Shown piece by piece: positions 1-13,000 of a stretch of DNA of 64,000 nt. The DNA comes from Sphaerodactylus townsendi. Its lineage: Eukaryota. Made by a program: the position numbers and the translations under genes. The stretch is taken from NCBI RefSeq assembly GCF_021028975.2, contig NC_059427.1, positions 7,564,001 through 7,628,000 of the forward strand, written 5' to 3'. The notes beneath the pieces were generated by a model. The model was not told the DNA's origin, ran no database searches, and worked only from the letters and a program-made list of their open reading frames with translations. Each line of letters opens with the position of its first letter. Positions within the stretch are counted from its first letter, which is position 1.

Positions 1-771
1 GTTTGTCTCTAAGGTTCTACTGAACTCAAGTAAGTTGTAATCCTGGGAGATATCTGGGCCCCACCTGGAGGTTGGCAACCCCAGCTTCAGAAGTAGAAAA
101 GTGGGTTGCTGATTTTTTAAATCCATAAACACCATAATAAGGGAAATGTGAGGATTGAGCGGATGGTCACTGATCTAGGACCAGCCACATCTAAGCTGAG
201 GATTCTTCAACAGTAGCTGACAACCTCACAGAGGACTAGCCACTTTCCTGTTCAACGTGTCCCTCCAGACACAAACACAGGCATACATTTTTCACCCCAA
301 AATTAGTTTTCCTTTAAAAAAAAAAACCCCTTAAAAAATCTCCCACACACATCCTTTAAAAACACTGCCTCTCAAGTATAAAACCACTCTCTGCTTGGGA
401 GCTTCCCCTACCCCAAACCTTCACTTTAGAATATGCTGCTGGCATGGTTGCCAACTCCAGGTGTGGACATTACTAACGATCAGGGGGTGGAGCATGGAGA
501 GGGCAGGGTTTGGGGAGGGGCCTCAGTTGGGTAGCATGCCAGTGTCCAGTTGTAATGCCAGATCTCCAGTGCAAACCTACTACCTCTCCCCCAAATTAAT
601 TTTAATGCAGAAGGCACCAATCCCCCACACACGCATGTTGCCCTATTCTGAAAGAGGGGGGTAAGAAGGAGGGAAATGGGGGGTGGGGGGGGGGTCAGTC
701 TTTCTCTCTCTCCCTTCCTGGCTGTGGTTTCTTTGCTTCTGCTTCTTTCCGGAAGCGCAAAAGTTACTCAC

Positions 772-960
772 CCAGAACCCCCCAAAGCCAAAAAGAAGGG
801 AATATGCAGGAGAGGCAGCCCCTCCACGGGGAAATGTACATTCAATGGGGGCAAATTGGGGGGGGGGGGTCTCCCTTCTAGGATTCCAAGCTCTATGTTT
901 CCCATAGACTTCATAACAAAACTCCCAGACGGGCACTTCCTTACGTCGCGAGCAGCGCTT
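772..960 (-). promoter_or_regulatory. Probable CpG promoter / non-coding first exon of a minus-strand gene continuing left of the window
   Basis: Local CpG cluster with CTCGCGAC and GGAAGTG (ETS-like) on the - strand; strong donor GG|GTGAGT at 771-766. Confidence 0.45.
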
Positions 961-1404
961 CCTGGAAACATTTGAGCCTTTTTATTCTTTTTTTTAAGCT
1001 CAGCAAATTAGGGGCGTTGGAGAAATGCAAGATTTTGAATGTGGCAGAAGAGGGTTATCCGTGGAACTTCTATTCTCACCGATACATTTGTGCAAAACCA
1101 GGAGTTCATCCTCGTTCAAAACCAAGCCTCTGTTTTCCTGCAATTGCACCTTTGGACTGCCAACCTCCAGATGGGACCTGGGGTTCTCCCGGAATTACAA
1201 CTGGTCTCCAGGCTAGAGAGATTAAGTTCCCCTGGAGAAAAATGGCAGCTTTGGAGGCTGGACTCAGTCTCTACATCATAAGAGAGATCAATTCTCCTCA
1301 AACAGGGGTTCCAAATGAGGGACCTGTAGGTGCCATGGCATGCACTGACCCCTTTCTTGATACATGCCAAGTATTTTTAGAAGCGGGGGTAGGTGAGGCT
1401 CTTG

Positions 1405-1630
1405 ATCAGCTGGCTGCTGTGAGTTTTCCAGGCTGCATGGCCATGGTCTGGTAGTTTTCTGTCCTAAAAGTGCCCTGAAGAGGAACACATCTCATCTTGA
1501 CATCCTTCTGAAGATGCCAGCCGTAGTTGTGGGTGAAACATTAGGAGCAAAAACTACCAGACCACAGTCACACAGCCTGGAAAACTCACAGAGGCCAGAT
1601 TCTGACTGTGAAAGCCTTCGACAACACTTC
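1405..1630. mobile_element. Penelope-like element termini (inverted pair)
   Basis: CTGAAGATGCC...GAAAC...GCCTTCGACAA terminal motif shared with many copies in this window. Confidence 0.7.
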
Positions 1631-4379
1631 CAGTCAGCCATTGGTGGTACGATTGTGCAGATTATAAAAAGGTTAGTTTGGCAGAAGCTGGTTGGCAGCA
1701 CAAGGTTCTTCACTGTGTGGCTGAAAATAAGCAGCAGCTGCCACCATTTTTCTGGAAGATCTCCAGGTCCCATCTTGAGGATGGCAACTCTGCTTCTGTC
1801 AACCTGCGATGTTAATGATATACTTGCTCCACTTTCTGTCTAATTTCCAGGATCACATTGTAATTTTTTCCCCTTTGGCATTGACTTTTTTTTGGTTGCT
1901 GATCAGTTGAGTAGTGCTGTTAGAATGTTTTTTTCTAGAGCAAAAGGGTTTGGGGGAAATTGCTATTTGCTTGTTTTTTCTACTCTCCTTTTTATCTACA
2001 GGTTAACCATGCTGGCATCATCTTAGGATCTGAGAGGTATTTGAGCTCCAAAGTCCCCCAAGCTGGAGCCAGTCTACTCATGATCCTCCTATTCAATGGG
2101 GCTTATTCCCAGGAGACTGGCTTTAGGATTGTACTGGAAATCTTTGTTTTTGTACCATCTTCCCCGTTTCTCAAAAAACCAGCTGCCAGCTAGGCTTCTC
2201 CCTCTCATTTAGTGGACACTGTTCTCTGCCCAATCGATCACAGGGTCACCATCTCTGGCTTGGAACATTCCTGGAGATTTGGCCACTGTCTCTTTGGGAG
2301 ATATTCAAATGACCATTTTCAGGTTGGGGTGGTGTCTAAAGAAGCCCTTTGCCTCATGGTTCACACTAGAAGGCATCTTTAGGCAGGACTTTTGTGTGTG
2401 GCAGTACTAGGGATACCAGCCTCCAGATGGAACCAGGAGATCCCTCAGAATCAAAGCTCATCTTCAGATTATGGAGACAATTTCCCTTGGAGAAAATGGA
2501 TGCTTTGGAGGGTGGAGTCTGTGACATTGTATTCCACTGAGGCCCCTGTCCCAGACTCCACCTTCAAATCCCCAGGAGTTCCCCAATTTGCAGTTGGCAA
2601 CCCTACCTTTCCACCCTTGCCAGTGGGGTCCTGACAACCATATATGGTACTCACCAGTCCTGAGTACTGGCACCTTTTGGTTGTGTGTGTGTGTGTAGGG
2701 GAAGAATCTGTCAAGTCCTGAGGAGGTTTGGTGGAAAGCAGTGCAACTTTGTATATAAGTATGAACACTTTTTAAAACAACAAAACTCTGGTTGTAGGGG
2801 TTCTTCTTAGGCACGGGGCACAGTTCTGTGCAGTTTGATTGACAGCCTCAACAGCTGGCATTTCCTGCATCTAAACTGAATTCTGTTCTGTGGACTGAGC
2901 AGAATGGTAAAGCCCATGGATCCCTTGTCAGAAGCTGGGTGCTAGTGACACTCGATTGATGGACAACTTGTGAGGCTCTTTTCTGTGGGCATCTGAGTCC
3001 CTCCATACTCTGTTGGCCTGCTATTCAGTCAGGGCCTCGTCCATATCCCTGTACTTGGATTTCCAGCCATCTGTGCATCTTTTATGTCAAGAACATACAT
3101 GCACAAGCAATCCAAACAAAGTTGAAACCAGTGCTTCTTTGTGCTTCTGTTATAATGCCACACATTCAGAGCTTTTTTCAAGCTATTTTAGATTTTAAAA
3201 GCTTCTATTGTTCAGAAATGGCCAATGTAAAATTGTAAAGTTTTTAAAAGCTATCAGGAATATGGTCTACCAGTGGCGGGCACTGCTGGGTTGCTTTTAA
3301 CAAACTAGCCACATAAAGGGTGAATTTCCACTGGGCAAACTGCTCTTAGGCTAGTTAGACTCCAGTTCAGTAGCTCCTTAGGTACAGACCAACAAGAATT
3401 TCAGGTATAAGCTTTCAAGATTGCAGCTCCTTTTGTCAGTCCCAAGTACAAATAGAGACCTCTGAGTCTTTATATCCAAGTCAGAAGGTTGGAGGAGTGT
3501 TGTGAATAATGCTTGTAAAAGATCCAATGGCCAAGTGCATATTGTAATCAGCCTGAATAAAACTGGGGGGAAATGCAGAAAATTATAATCTGTAGTGAAA
3601 TAAACATCCCAAATCCTTACTCAACAATGGGGACAGGGGCAATGCTTGGCTTGAGAATGAACATATGTTTTATCTGAAAGTAGGCATGTTAGTCTTTAGT
3701 AGAACAGGTAGGTTTGAATCCAAATTTCTTGTTGGTCTCTAAGGGGCTACTAGACCAGTGATGAAATGTCCCCTTTACTGCCATGATTTTCAAATTTGAA
3801 ATCTTTTCAGAAAGCACCTTTTCTCATTGTAATTTTTGTCTCCTTTTTATTTTGTATAAAAACAAACAGGAAAAAAGTAAAAAACTTTTTTGGGGAAAAA
3901 GGATAAATATAAAGACAAAAATATAACAGTGGTGATAGATTTACACATAAGCATCTATAAACAGTCTCCAAATATCTAAAAATAAATCCATGCACAATTG
4001 CTGTCTATATGCCATGCATTCGAATGTTAAGGTCCTCGATCTATTGGTTTACCAGAGGTTGGCTTTTTTAACCGTAGTAGGGATACAACAGCTAAAGTTA
4101 TCAGATCATTTTAGTTGAACTTCAGTTAGTTTCCATGAGACAAGCAAATAGCTTAAAAGTACACAGACAACCTCAAAATCAATGAACATTCTAATACAAA
4201 ATTTATATGAGTAATAACTTCTTCCTGGAAAAACCAAATGACTGGATGTGTCTGAAGTATATGTTTAAAGAACAATCCTGCAGGTTACAACCAACAATTA
4301 GATACTTTACTCAGTCCTTTGCTAAAGAGTCACTGTGATGTCCCATATATCTCAAACTGAATCTTAACGTAAGATCCAT

Positions 4380-4640
4380 GGAGAGAGCTGACTTATTTTC
4401 TACTGCTCCAGAGACTAGAATATGGAGTAATGGATTCAAACAACAAGAAAAGAGATTCCATCTAAATATTAGGAAGAACTTCCTGACGGTAAGAGCTGTT
4501 CGGCAGTGAAATACATTGCTTCAGAGGGTGGTGGAATCTCTTTTGGCTTTTTTTTAAACACAGGCTTTGATTGTGTGTTCCTGCGTGGCAGGGGGTTGGA
4601 CTGGATGACCCTTGTGGTTTCTTCCAACTCTATGATTCTA
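4380..4640 (+). mobile_element. CR1 LINE 3' fragment
   Basis: Ends CTTCCAACTCTATGATTCT; homologous to the 3' end of the RT-bearing CR1 at 49.5-50.7 kb. Confidence 0.8.
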
Positions 4641-4969
4641 GGAATAAACTTTAAGACCATATCCAATTGCTCTGGCAAAATAGGGTGATCTAACTCCTTA
4701 TTCTATTCATTCTTATTGTCAGGACCATGCCTGTCAGTGATTAGATGTCTTGCTGTGTAAGAATTGCAAGCAGCATGGGGAGGCAGTGAATCCCCAAAAC
4801 CCTCCCTCTGTAGCTCAAAAGGGCTATGCTTAAGCATTCTCAGCTCCAAAGGCCAGTAGAAGCCAACCAAAGTTGGCTCCACCCCCAGCTGCACCTGCGT
4901 TTGCCTGGATGTTGACACAGCTCTGAGGGCTGGGTTGTCTTCTGGGTCAGGGGGCATACATTGAAAATA

Positions 4970-5785
4970 CTAAAACCAGGGGGCATACATTGAAAATGCT
5001 GGGGGGAAGAATTAGGACTAATAAAAGGAAACATTTCTTCACGCAACACGTGATTGGCATTTGGAATATGTTGCCACAGGAGGTGGTGATGGCTACTAAC
5101 CTGGATAGCTTTAAAAGGGGCTTGGATAGATTTATGGAGAAGAAGTTGATCTATGGCTACCAATCTTGATCCTCCTTGGTCTGAGATTGCAATTGCCTTA
5201 ACAGACCAGGTGCTCAGGAGCAGAAGCAGAAGGCCATTGCTTTCACATCCTCCAGGTGAGCTCCCAAAGGCATCTGGTGGGTCACTGCAGGTAGCAGAGT
5301 GCTGGACTAGATAGACCAGGGGTAGGGAACCTGTGGCTCGAGAGCCGCATGCGGCTCTTCTGCCCTTGCACTGCAGCTCCATGAGCCGAACCGCCGCCCC
5401 CATCCTTGCCCGCCCTGCAGGCAGCAGGGCGGGCGCACCAACTGCCCGCGGTCGACTGGGCCGCGCCGCGGGCTTCCCCTCTTGCCCGCCCTGTTCGAGC
5501 GGGGCAGGTGCTTTCCCGGCGGCCGGCAAGGCAGAGCCGCTGGCCCCATCCTTGCCCACCCTGCAGGCAGCAGGGCGGACGCATCCATGCGCTTCTCAGA
5601 ATGAGCGGAGTAAAAGGTAAAAAAAACCCAATATATATAGTGTTGTCTTTATTTTAAATGTCAAAAATTATTTGCGGCTCCAAGTGTTTTCTTGGAAAAT
5701 GGGTCCAAATGGCTCTTTGAGTGTTAAAGGTTCCCTACCCCTGAGATAGACTCTGGTCTGATCCAGCAGGCACGTTCTTATGTCA
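4970..5785 (+). mobile_element. CR1 LINE 3' fragment interrupted by a hAT MITE
   Basis: Near-identical to the reverse complement of the CR1 at 44900-45320; resumes after the MITE and ends GTTCTTATG. Confidence 0.8.
5317..5743. mobile_element. Non-autonomous hAT transposon
   Basis: 16-bp TIR CAGGGGTAGGGAACCT / AGGTTCCCTACCCCTG; perfect 8-bp TSD AGATAGAC (5309-5316, 5744-5751). Confidence 0.92.
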
Positions 5786-6213
5786 GGGACTGCCTTTCAG
5801 TTTGCCCTCCTTGCTGACGTGAGCAGTACTTATGTGGAGGGCAAATGTGCTAGTGTGGCCCCAAACTGGCTGCAAGGTATATAGAAAGGAACTTGCCACG
5901 AAATACACTTAATTCTAGGTATTATACTAATTCATCTGAATGAAAAATCTGCTTGAGTACTTGAATTTTGCGTACTTGTGGAAGCGTGAAACGCAATTTG
6001 TTTAACATCTCAGCCCTTCATTGCCAGCAACTTGCCTGGGCAAAGTTTCCATTTGTTCACTTGAGCCATTCAACTATGCCTGTCTGGCTCTATCCCTTTG
6101 GAAGAGGTTTAACAGGATGTTATCTCTATGATGTGAAAAGCTTCCCTGGCCCATTTCTACACACTAATCTTCTATGAAAGGAATAGGGCATTTTTCTCCA
6201 GGCCACCTGTCAG

Positions 6214-6405
6214 CAGTGGTGGGATCCAAAAATTTTAATAACAGGTTCCGAAGGTGGTGGGATTCAAACAGTGGCGCCGCCGCACACACGCACCTTCAGC
6301 CCCTATTGGGCAGGGAGGTTGCTTTAGTAACCCCTTTTCGGCACTCAGAAAAAATTAGTAACCACTTCTAGAGAAGTGGTGAGAACTGGTTGGATCCCAC
6401 CTCTG
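6214..6405. mobile_element. hAT (Tip100-like) MITE
   Basis: TIR CAGTGGTGGGATCCAA / TTGGATCCCACCTCTG; 8-bp TSD CCTGTCAG (6206-6213, 6406-6413). Confidence 0.92.
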
Positions 6406-7106
6406 CCTGTCAGTCCTAATTATATCTATCAAAATCAGTCTTGTGTGCACTGAACTTGGAACATTCTGTTTGCCACTGAGCCCATGCCCATCCCTCAAAT
6501 TCCTTCCATGTGTAGTTTTCCAGTTCAGATCACCAGTAATTATGTGTATGTAGTTAATACCCAATCAAATTTGACTTTCTTGGGTCACTAAAAAAAGAGG
6601 CCACAGAGGACTTGCCCTGTTTCAACTATACTGTTTTAAGCCTCTACATCTAGCCTACTACTACTCTGACTTTTCTTGGTGTACAGTTTTTTTCAGACCA
6701 CTCTGAGCACAATTCATCCTCTTCAGTCACCTTTCCCCCTTTCCACCTGTCATTTTGCTTCTAAGGGAAAAGCCCGCCCCCCAACCCTGTCTAGGAAGCT
6801 CAATTGCATCCAGTCAGAACCAAGTTCCATTCTGATTGGTACTAATCCAACAGAAAGCCAGCCTTCTTTTATTCAGGCTCCTCTTCCATCCTTTTGTGTT
6901 CTTTTCTCTTCAAAATTTTCTTTCATCCACTCTACCAAAATCAGCTTGTTGTGATGGTTCCATTTTCTGAACCACTGAGCACTTTGTGTGCCTTTTCTCT
7001 GGTGGTCCATATGGAGGCTAGGCAGACGTTCAGTGTAGTAGTCAGGGGTTGAGATAAGGCTCATTGCTCTCCATAGCACCTTTCCTTCCCCCAAGCTCTC
7101 CGACAT

Positions 7107-8872
7107 TCATGGTGGGTTACCATCATTGTCAGTTGACATCCTTCCACCACCACTGGGTTCGAAGGTATTTGTTGCTCCAAGCTCTGTAGAACTGGACTGT
7201 TTTTGTTGGGTGTTGGTGGTGCTATGCCCAGAGCTGGTGGTGCTATGCCCAGGGCCTTTGACATCTGTCTCTATCTTCCATGGCTCTCCCACACTGGCCT
7301 GGACTCTGTTTGCAGTGCCTTGAAGGATGTCCTCCGAATCTTGGATTGTTGTGGATGAGAAGTCTGAGAGCAAAGGCTTCACCAGACATTCCCCTATGTG
7401 GGTTTTTCGATGATGTTGAAGATGGCATCTCCCTCTGAATTTCTTTCCACACTCTGAGCATTCAAATCTTCTCTCTGTGTGAATTCTTTGATGTTGTTGA
7501 AGATCACCACTCAAACTGAATCTCTTTCCACATTCTAAGCATTCAAAAGGTTTCTCACCTTTTTGGATTCTTAGGTGCCGCTGAAGACTGCGACTTTCAC
7601 TGAATTTCTTTCCACATTCTGGGCATTCAAAAGGCTTCTCTCCTGTGTGAGTTCTTAGATGCCGTTGAAGATGGCCTCGCCGGCTGAAGTTTTTTCCACA
7701 CTCTGAGCACTCAAAAGGTTTCTCTCCTGTGTGGATTCTTTGATGATGATGAAGGAGGACACTGCAATGGAATTTCTTTCCACACTCTGGGCATTCAAAA
7801 GGTTTCTCACCTGTGTGGATCCTGAGATGCCGTTGAAGACTGACACTCTGTCTGAATCTCTTTCCACACTCTGAACATTCAAAAGGTTTCCCCCTTGTAT
7901 GGGTTCTTCGATGCTGCCGAAGATCCCCACTCGAGAAGAATCTCTTTCCGCACTCTGAGCATTCAAAAGGTTTCTCACCAGTGTGGGTTCTTTGATGCCG
8001 TTGAAGACTGTGACTTTCAGTGAATCTCTTTCCACACTCAGAACACTGGAAAGGTTTTTCCCCTGTGTGGCTTCTTAAATGCTTCTGAAGATTGCCTCTC
8101 CAGCTGAAGCTTTTTCCACACTCTGAGCACTGGAAAGGTTTCTCCCCTGTGTGAGTTCTCTGATGGTGGTGAAGAAGTACCTTGTAATGGAATCTTTTTC
8201 CACACTCTGTACACTCAAAAGGTTTCTCACCTGTGTGAGTTTTTAGATGCTGATGAAGACTGGCACTCTGTTTGAATCTCTTTCCACACTCTGAGCATTC
8301 AAAAGGTTTCTCTCCCAGGTGGGTTCTTTGGTGCAAAAGGAGCTGTGATCTCCTCTGTGATTCATCTGCCTTCCCAACAGAGGAATTCTTTCCATTGTCT
8401 AAGCAGACAAATGACTTCCCTCCTGAATGGTGGGAACTCTCCTTCTGGTGTTGAATAAGGTTTGAATTCTCTGAGAACCTTTTGCCACAGTCTGAGCAGC
8501 AATACAGCTTTTCTCCTATATGGATTCTCTGGTGTCTCATGAGCTCTTCTCCGCACAGGAAGCTCTTTCCACACTGGAAGCAATTATGGACCTTCTTTTC
8601 AGGGGGCTTTCGCAAATCATTATCATACTGAGTTTGAGCTGAGAAATTTGGTCCCCAATCCAACCATTCATATGTTTCCTCCACCTTGGGAATTACTTCA
8701 TGAAAATCCCTTTCTTGGCAGGGAATGGATTTTTCCCTCATCTTCTCTCCATGACTTCCCTTCTGCCTCTCTGGTCTCTCCTCATCCCTGAAATTACACT
8801 GAGATTGTCCTTCCTTATCTCTATCCAATGAGAATTGCTGGAATTCTCCAACCTTCTCCTTGACATCGTCTC
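7107..8872 (-). CDS. ZNF-1 terminal exon: ~12 intact plus 2 degenerate C2H2 fingers and a ~95-aa Ser/Thr-rich tail
   Basis: Repeated CxxC...HxxxH with TGEKP linkers; acceptor TTTATTCCAG|GA, phase 1, matches the KRAB-A exon donor phase; spliced CDS 2490 nt (~829 aa). Confidence 0.93.
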
Positions 8873-9757
8873 CTGGAATAAAAAGAGAGATCCAATCAGA
8901 ACTTATGCAAGGAAACAAGGCAAAAATCGGGCATTGATTGATGGATGTGCCTTTTGTTTCGATGTTCAGAGCTTTTTGCTCCCCTCCACTCAACCTGGCC
9001 AATAGTACTGTTTTGATATCCTGACTGTCCCTCTCCTTCTCCAAACTCCCAATATGTACTTTAAAGAAATAATTGCTTCCCCACCCTTCACATTTGATTC
9101 ATGTAGTTCTTTTGGCATGTAGTTCTTTTGATGATTAAATTCAAAAAGTTACCGTGATATCTAAGCCTTCAAGTATACAGAAAGTGTCCATCCTAATATG
9201 ATCAGAGCCATAAGGAATTGGTTTTATCCTCACAAAATATATATTTGTAGGGGGGAGGGGGCAATACCTCACTCAGTGAACTCAAGATTTCAAAAAGGAA
9301 ATGGTTTTGGAAGAGGTGCCAGTTGTTGGTGGGGCAGTTAAGGCCTGAAAGTATCTAAGTAGTGCTGTAGGGAAGGGCCTTCACAGCCTCCACCCTTTCC
9401 CTGGAATTCTGACATGGCATTTTGGACATAGCAATAAAATGACTGTTGCAGGAAACAAAACCACATATTTAAGCCCCTTAAGAACCACAGATGAGCTCAG
9501 ACCCAGAAGGAGCTTCTGAAACTTCCAGTTTTCAGGGCCCATGAAGCCTCTCTTCCTCAGTACCTGGTACACTTTATAGTTCTACCAAAATGAAAATGTG
9601 AGAACCAAATCAGCAATATTCCATGGCTATTCCTTGACAAAAACTGAAGGATGCTCACTTGAAACAAGCTCATTTGGGAAGGGAATTCTCTCTTGAGATT
9701 CTGTTGAGAAACTCTCCAGCTCTCCAGCTCTCTGTATTGTCGAAGGCTCCAGCTCTC

Positions 9758-9850
9758 CTTTGGATGTGAAGCTTTTGTTTATTTCTGCTGGAATCTCTTT
9801 TAAATTCCTGGCTTCTTTGGCAGAAAAAGAGAAAAAGTGATAACACAATT
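9758..9850 (-). pseudogene. ZNF-1 small post-KRAB exon with lost donor (GT>GA), probably skipped
   Basis: Homologous to ZNF-2 exon 21079-21150 (KEARN..E.P.E.NKS..SK), but followed by GAGAGC instead of GTGAGC. Confidence 0.65.
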
Positions 9851-10296
9851 CTTATAGAGGGAAGGAAAGACAGAAACATGGAAAGGCAGAAACATGGTCA
9901 CAATCCCAATAAGTGTACTGGGGAAAGGATCCACTCCAGATCACAGTCAGAGAGAACAACCATATTCTTATCTGGGCAAAAAGTCATGTTGCAATGTTTG
10001 GAAAATAAGAAACAGATATGGGCCCTTCCAGAGTTTTTCTGAGAGCCTTTTAGCCCCACCTTGATCTCAGGTCAGGACAGCCTGTCTGGCTTAGGTGATG
10101 GCCGCAACACTTGCCTCAGCGCCCCTGGACCAGTTGGGTGGTATGGGTTGCTCTACCAAGCCATGCTGAACATCGCTTTCACTGCTATTTGAAAGCCAGA
10201 GACCCCCAGTGGGAAGTTAAGTAGTGAGGATGGGCTCAAAATGATATATTGCTGTCAAGATTTGGATTCATGCATCATGCCAATGGCAGCAATTCA

Positions 10297-10659
<363 letters not shown>

Positions 10660-10672
10660 TCATCTCTCCTAC

Positions 10673-10740
10673 CTGGACCTGGGGTGCAGCAGCCATTTCC
10701 ACACCTTTGCAAAGATGATGGCTCAACATTTCCCCTGAGC
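10673..10740 (-). CDS. ZNF-1 linker exon
   Basis: 68 bp, TTTACAG|...CAG|GTAGG, phase 1-0; paralog of 20245-20315. Confidence 0.85.
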
Positions 10741-11247
10741 CTGTAAAGAAGACAAAATTGGAAGGAAGAGTGTTCATATAGATTTCCTACTTCATTGGCT
10801 TGTTTGATTCCTACTTCACACACCCTCATTCTCAGGACAGTGAAAACTTGCTCTATGTGAACTCAAGAGAACTTTTTAGTAATGGGAAACACAGGATGAA
10901 AGCATCAGGCACCTATGTTTCAGACTTCTGGAAAGGCAATTAATGCCCTTTTAATTCTGGAGCTCTAAAAGGTGGCTGATGGATCAGACTAAAGAGCCCC
11001 TTAGTCCAGTCACAAGCCTCTGTTCTCCCATCAGCTGGACCCTTCCATATGCCCTTGTGTTGAAACTGACAGGAAACGAGATGGGGCTGGAAATGATGTC
11101 ACACAACAGGTCACTGTTATGTCCAGGAGAAATCCCATGTGTGATTTTAGCATATTAGTCAATGCTCTGGAAAATCTAAAATCATTTTGAGGGGTTTCTA
11201 GAGTGTTTTTGCCAAGCAAGACATCATGTCCATGCCATGCCCTACCC

Positions 11248-11355
11248 CCGTAGTGGCGAACCTATGGTACTCCAGATGTTCATGGACATGCTGGCAGGGG
11301 CTGATGGGAATTGTAGTCCATGAACATCTGGAGTGCCATAGGTTCGCCACCACTG
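11248..11355. mobile_element. hAT MITE
   Basis: Palindromic arms; 8-bp TSD CCCTACCC (11240-11247, 11356-11363). Confidence 0.88.
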
Positions 11356-11545
11356 CCCTACCCCATAGCCCAAACACTGGCTTGGCATCCCTAATCCCAT
11401 CTCCTGTTTCTGATTGTGGGCTGCCATATGCCCTTGAAAAGTCTTTCAGCAGGAGTGACGAAGCCAAATTATTAGCCCCAGCAATGTGTTTCAAAGGTAT
11501 GGATGTTCCATTTATTAATGGGGATGGGGCGGTATAAAAATCGAA

Positions 11546-11600
<55 letters not shown>

Positions 11601-11642
11601 CACAAAGTGTGTTGATCCCATCCAAGCATAAGGCACACTTAC

Positions 11643-11757
11643 CATTAGAGAGGGAATCTTGATCATGCTCCTGGGCTTGTGCCCTCTGCCCTACTTCCAA
11701 CAGACTTCCTTCGACCTCAGATAACTTAGCTTCCTTCTTCATGGATGGTCCCCACAT
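11643..11757 (-). CDS. ZNF-1 post-SCAN exon
   Basis: 115 bp, TTTTTCAG|ATG...G|GTAAG, phase 0-1; paralog of 18965-19076. Confidence 0.85.
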
Positions 11758-11993
11758 CTGAAAAAGCACGAGAGGTTGACAAGTAAGAGAAGGAATGGAC
11801 CAAGCTGAGGGGAAGGTTTGCTCTACTCCCAGACTCTTCAACCCGGCAATGACCAGCAGAGGTACTTCAACCATAGGGGCAAGGATCAGGGTTCAATTTT
11901 CTCCTCAGCTGAGTGAATTTCCTACACAAATATCTTGTCAGGAAGCCTTAGGAGAAGGACACTGCTTGAACAGAGTGAATGAAACACCCTTAC

Positions 11994-12407
11994 CTGCTCT
12001 CCCTGCCTCATTTGTTCTGCTTGACTTAGGAGGAAACCCTCGGCCAGGGCCACTGCCTGAGAACTGGTCTCTGGTCCACATCCTTTGACCCAGCGCTGTA
12101 TTTCCTGGGGCAGAATGGTCAGGAACTGCTCCAGGATCACCAGGTCCAGTATCTGCTTCTTGGTGAACCTCTCCGGCTTCAGCCAGTGATTGCAAAGTCC
12201 ATGGAGCTGGCTGCAAACCTTTCGGGGTCCATCAGCCTCATGGTAATGGAACTCCCGGAAGCATCTCCTATGTACATCTGAGTTCATGGTATCTTGATCT
12301 AGAATCTCTTGCACAGCTATTCCCCAGAATTCAACATCATTCCCAGACTGGAAGGGAAGCGGGGCTTTCTTGTCAATTTCAGGTCCTTCTGGATCCTTCC
12401 CTTCCAT
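11994..12407 (-). CDS. ZNF-1 first coding exon, SCAN domain
   Basis: ATG at 12407; [33 protein letters not shown]...[16 protein letters not shown]; donor CAG|GTAAG, phase 0. Confidence 0.93.
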
Positions 12408-12759
12408 CTCATTCTCCTTTTCTTGCGTAGCTTTCAACTGTGGAAAAATACCATAACTCATGTGGCTATGAAGAGTGACAGGAAAAGATATTAAAAAGGC
12501 AGAAAGAAACCAAAAGAGAAGAGAGCTACATGACCAACCCTAGCGAGGAGACACTTAAGGATTGCCCCAGTGGATCAGAAAGAGCGTTTTTGTTGTACTT
12601 TGTGGTTCAGGATTAATGCCATTATGATATATTACGTATCAATTTTTAAGCTTATGCCTGTTAGATCCTTGAGAAAAATAAACCATCTGTATTTAAATAA
12701 ACCATCTGTAAAAATAAACCATCTCCCCCTAGGGCAGTTACATCAGGGTCCCCTCATAT

Positions 12760-13000
12760 TGAGGGGTCCTGCCATCCCCCCCCATGGGGGTAGGTTTTAA
12801 ATTGGGGTCGGACGCCTTTTTATTATGTATTATGGTTTTTTGCTGTTTTATGAGTTTTAAGCTATTTTATGGGATGGAGCCTATGTGTTTATATTTGTAT
12901 GACCGCTCCTGTTGATGTTTTAGTGAATGTTGTTCACCGCCCGGAGCCCTTCGGGGATCGGGCGGTATACAAATTAAATAAATAATAATAATAATAAATA
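12760..13000 (+). mobile_element. L2-type LINE 3' end
   Basis: CCGCCC..GAGCCC...GGGCGGTAT hairpin plus (AAT)n tail; similar tails at 11515-11598, 13860-13940, 63600-63680 and 63925-63977. Confidence 0.6.

Noticed and set aside
4840-5657. 239-aa and overlapping GC-rich ORFs
   Set aside because: They run across a TSD-flanked hAT MITE and a CR1 fragment; chance open frames
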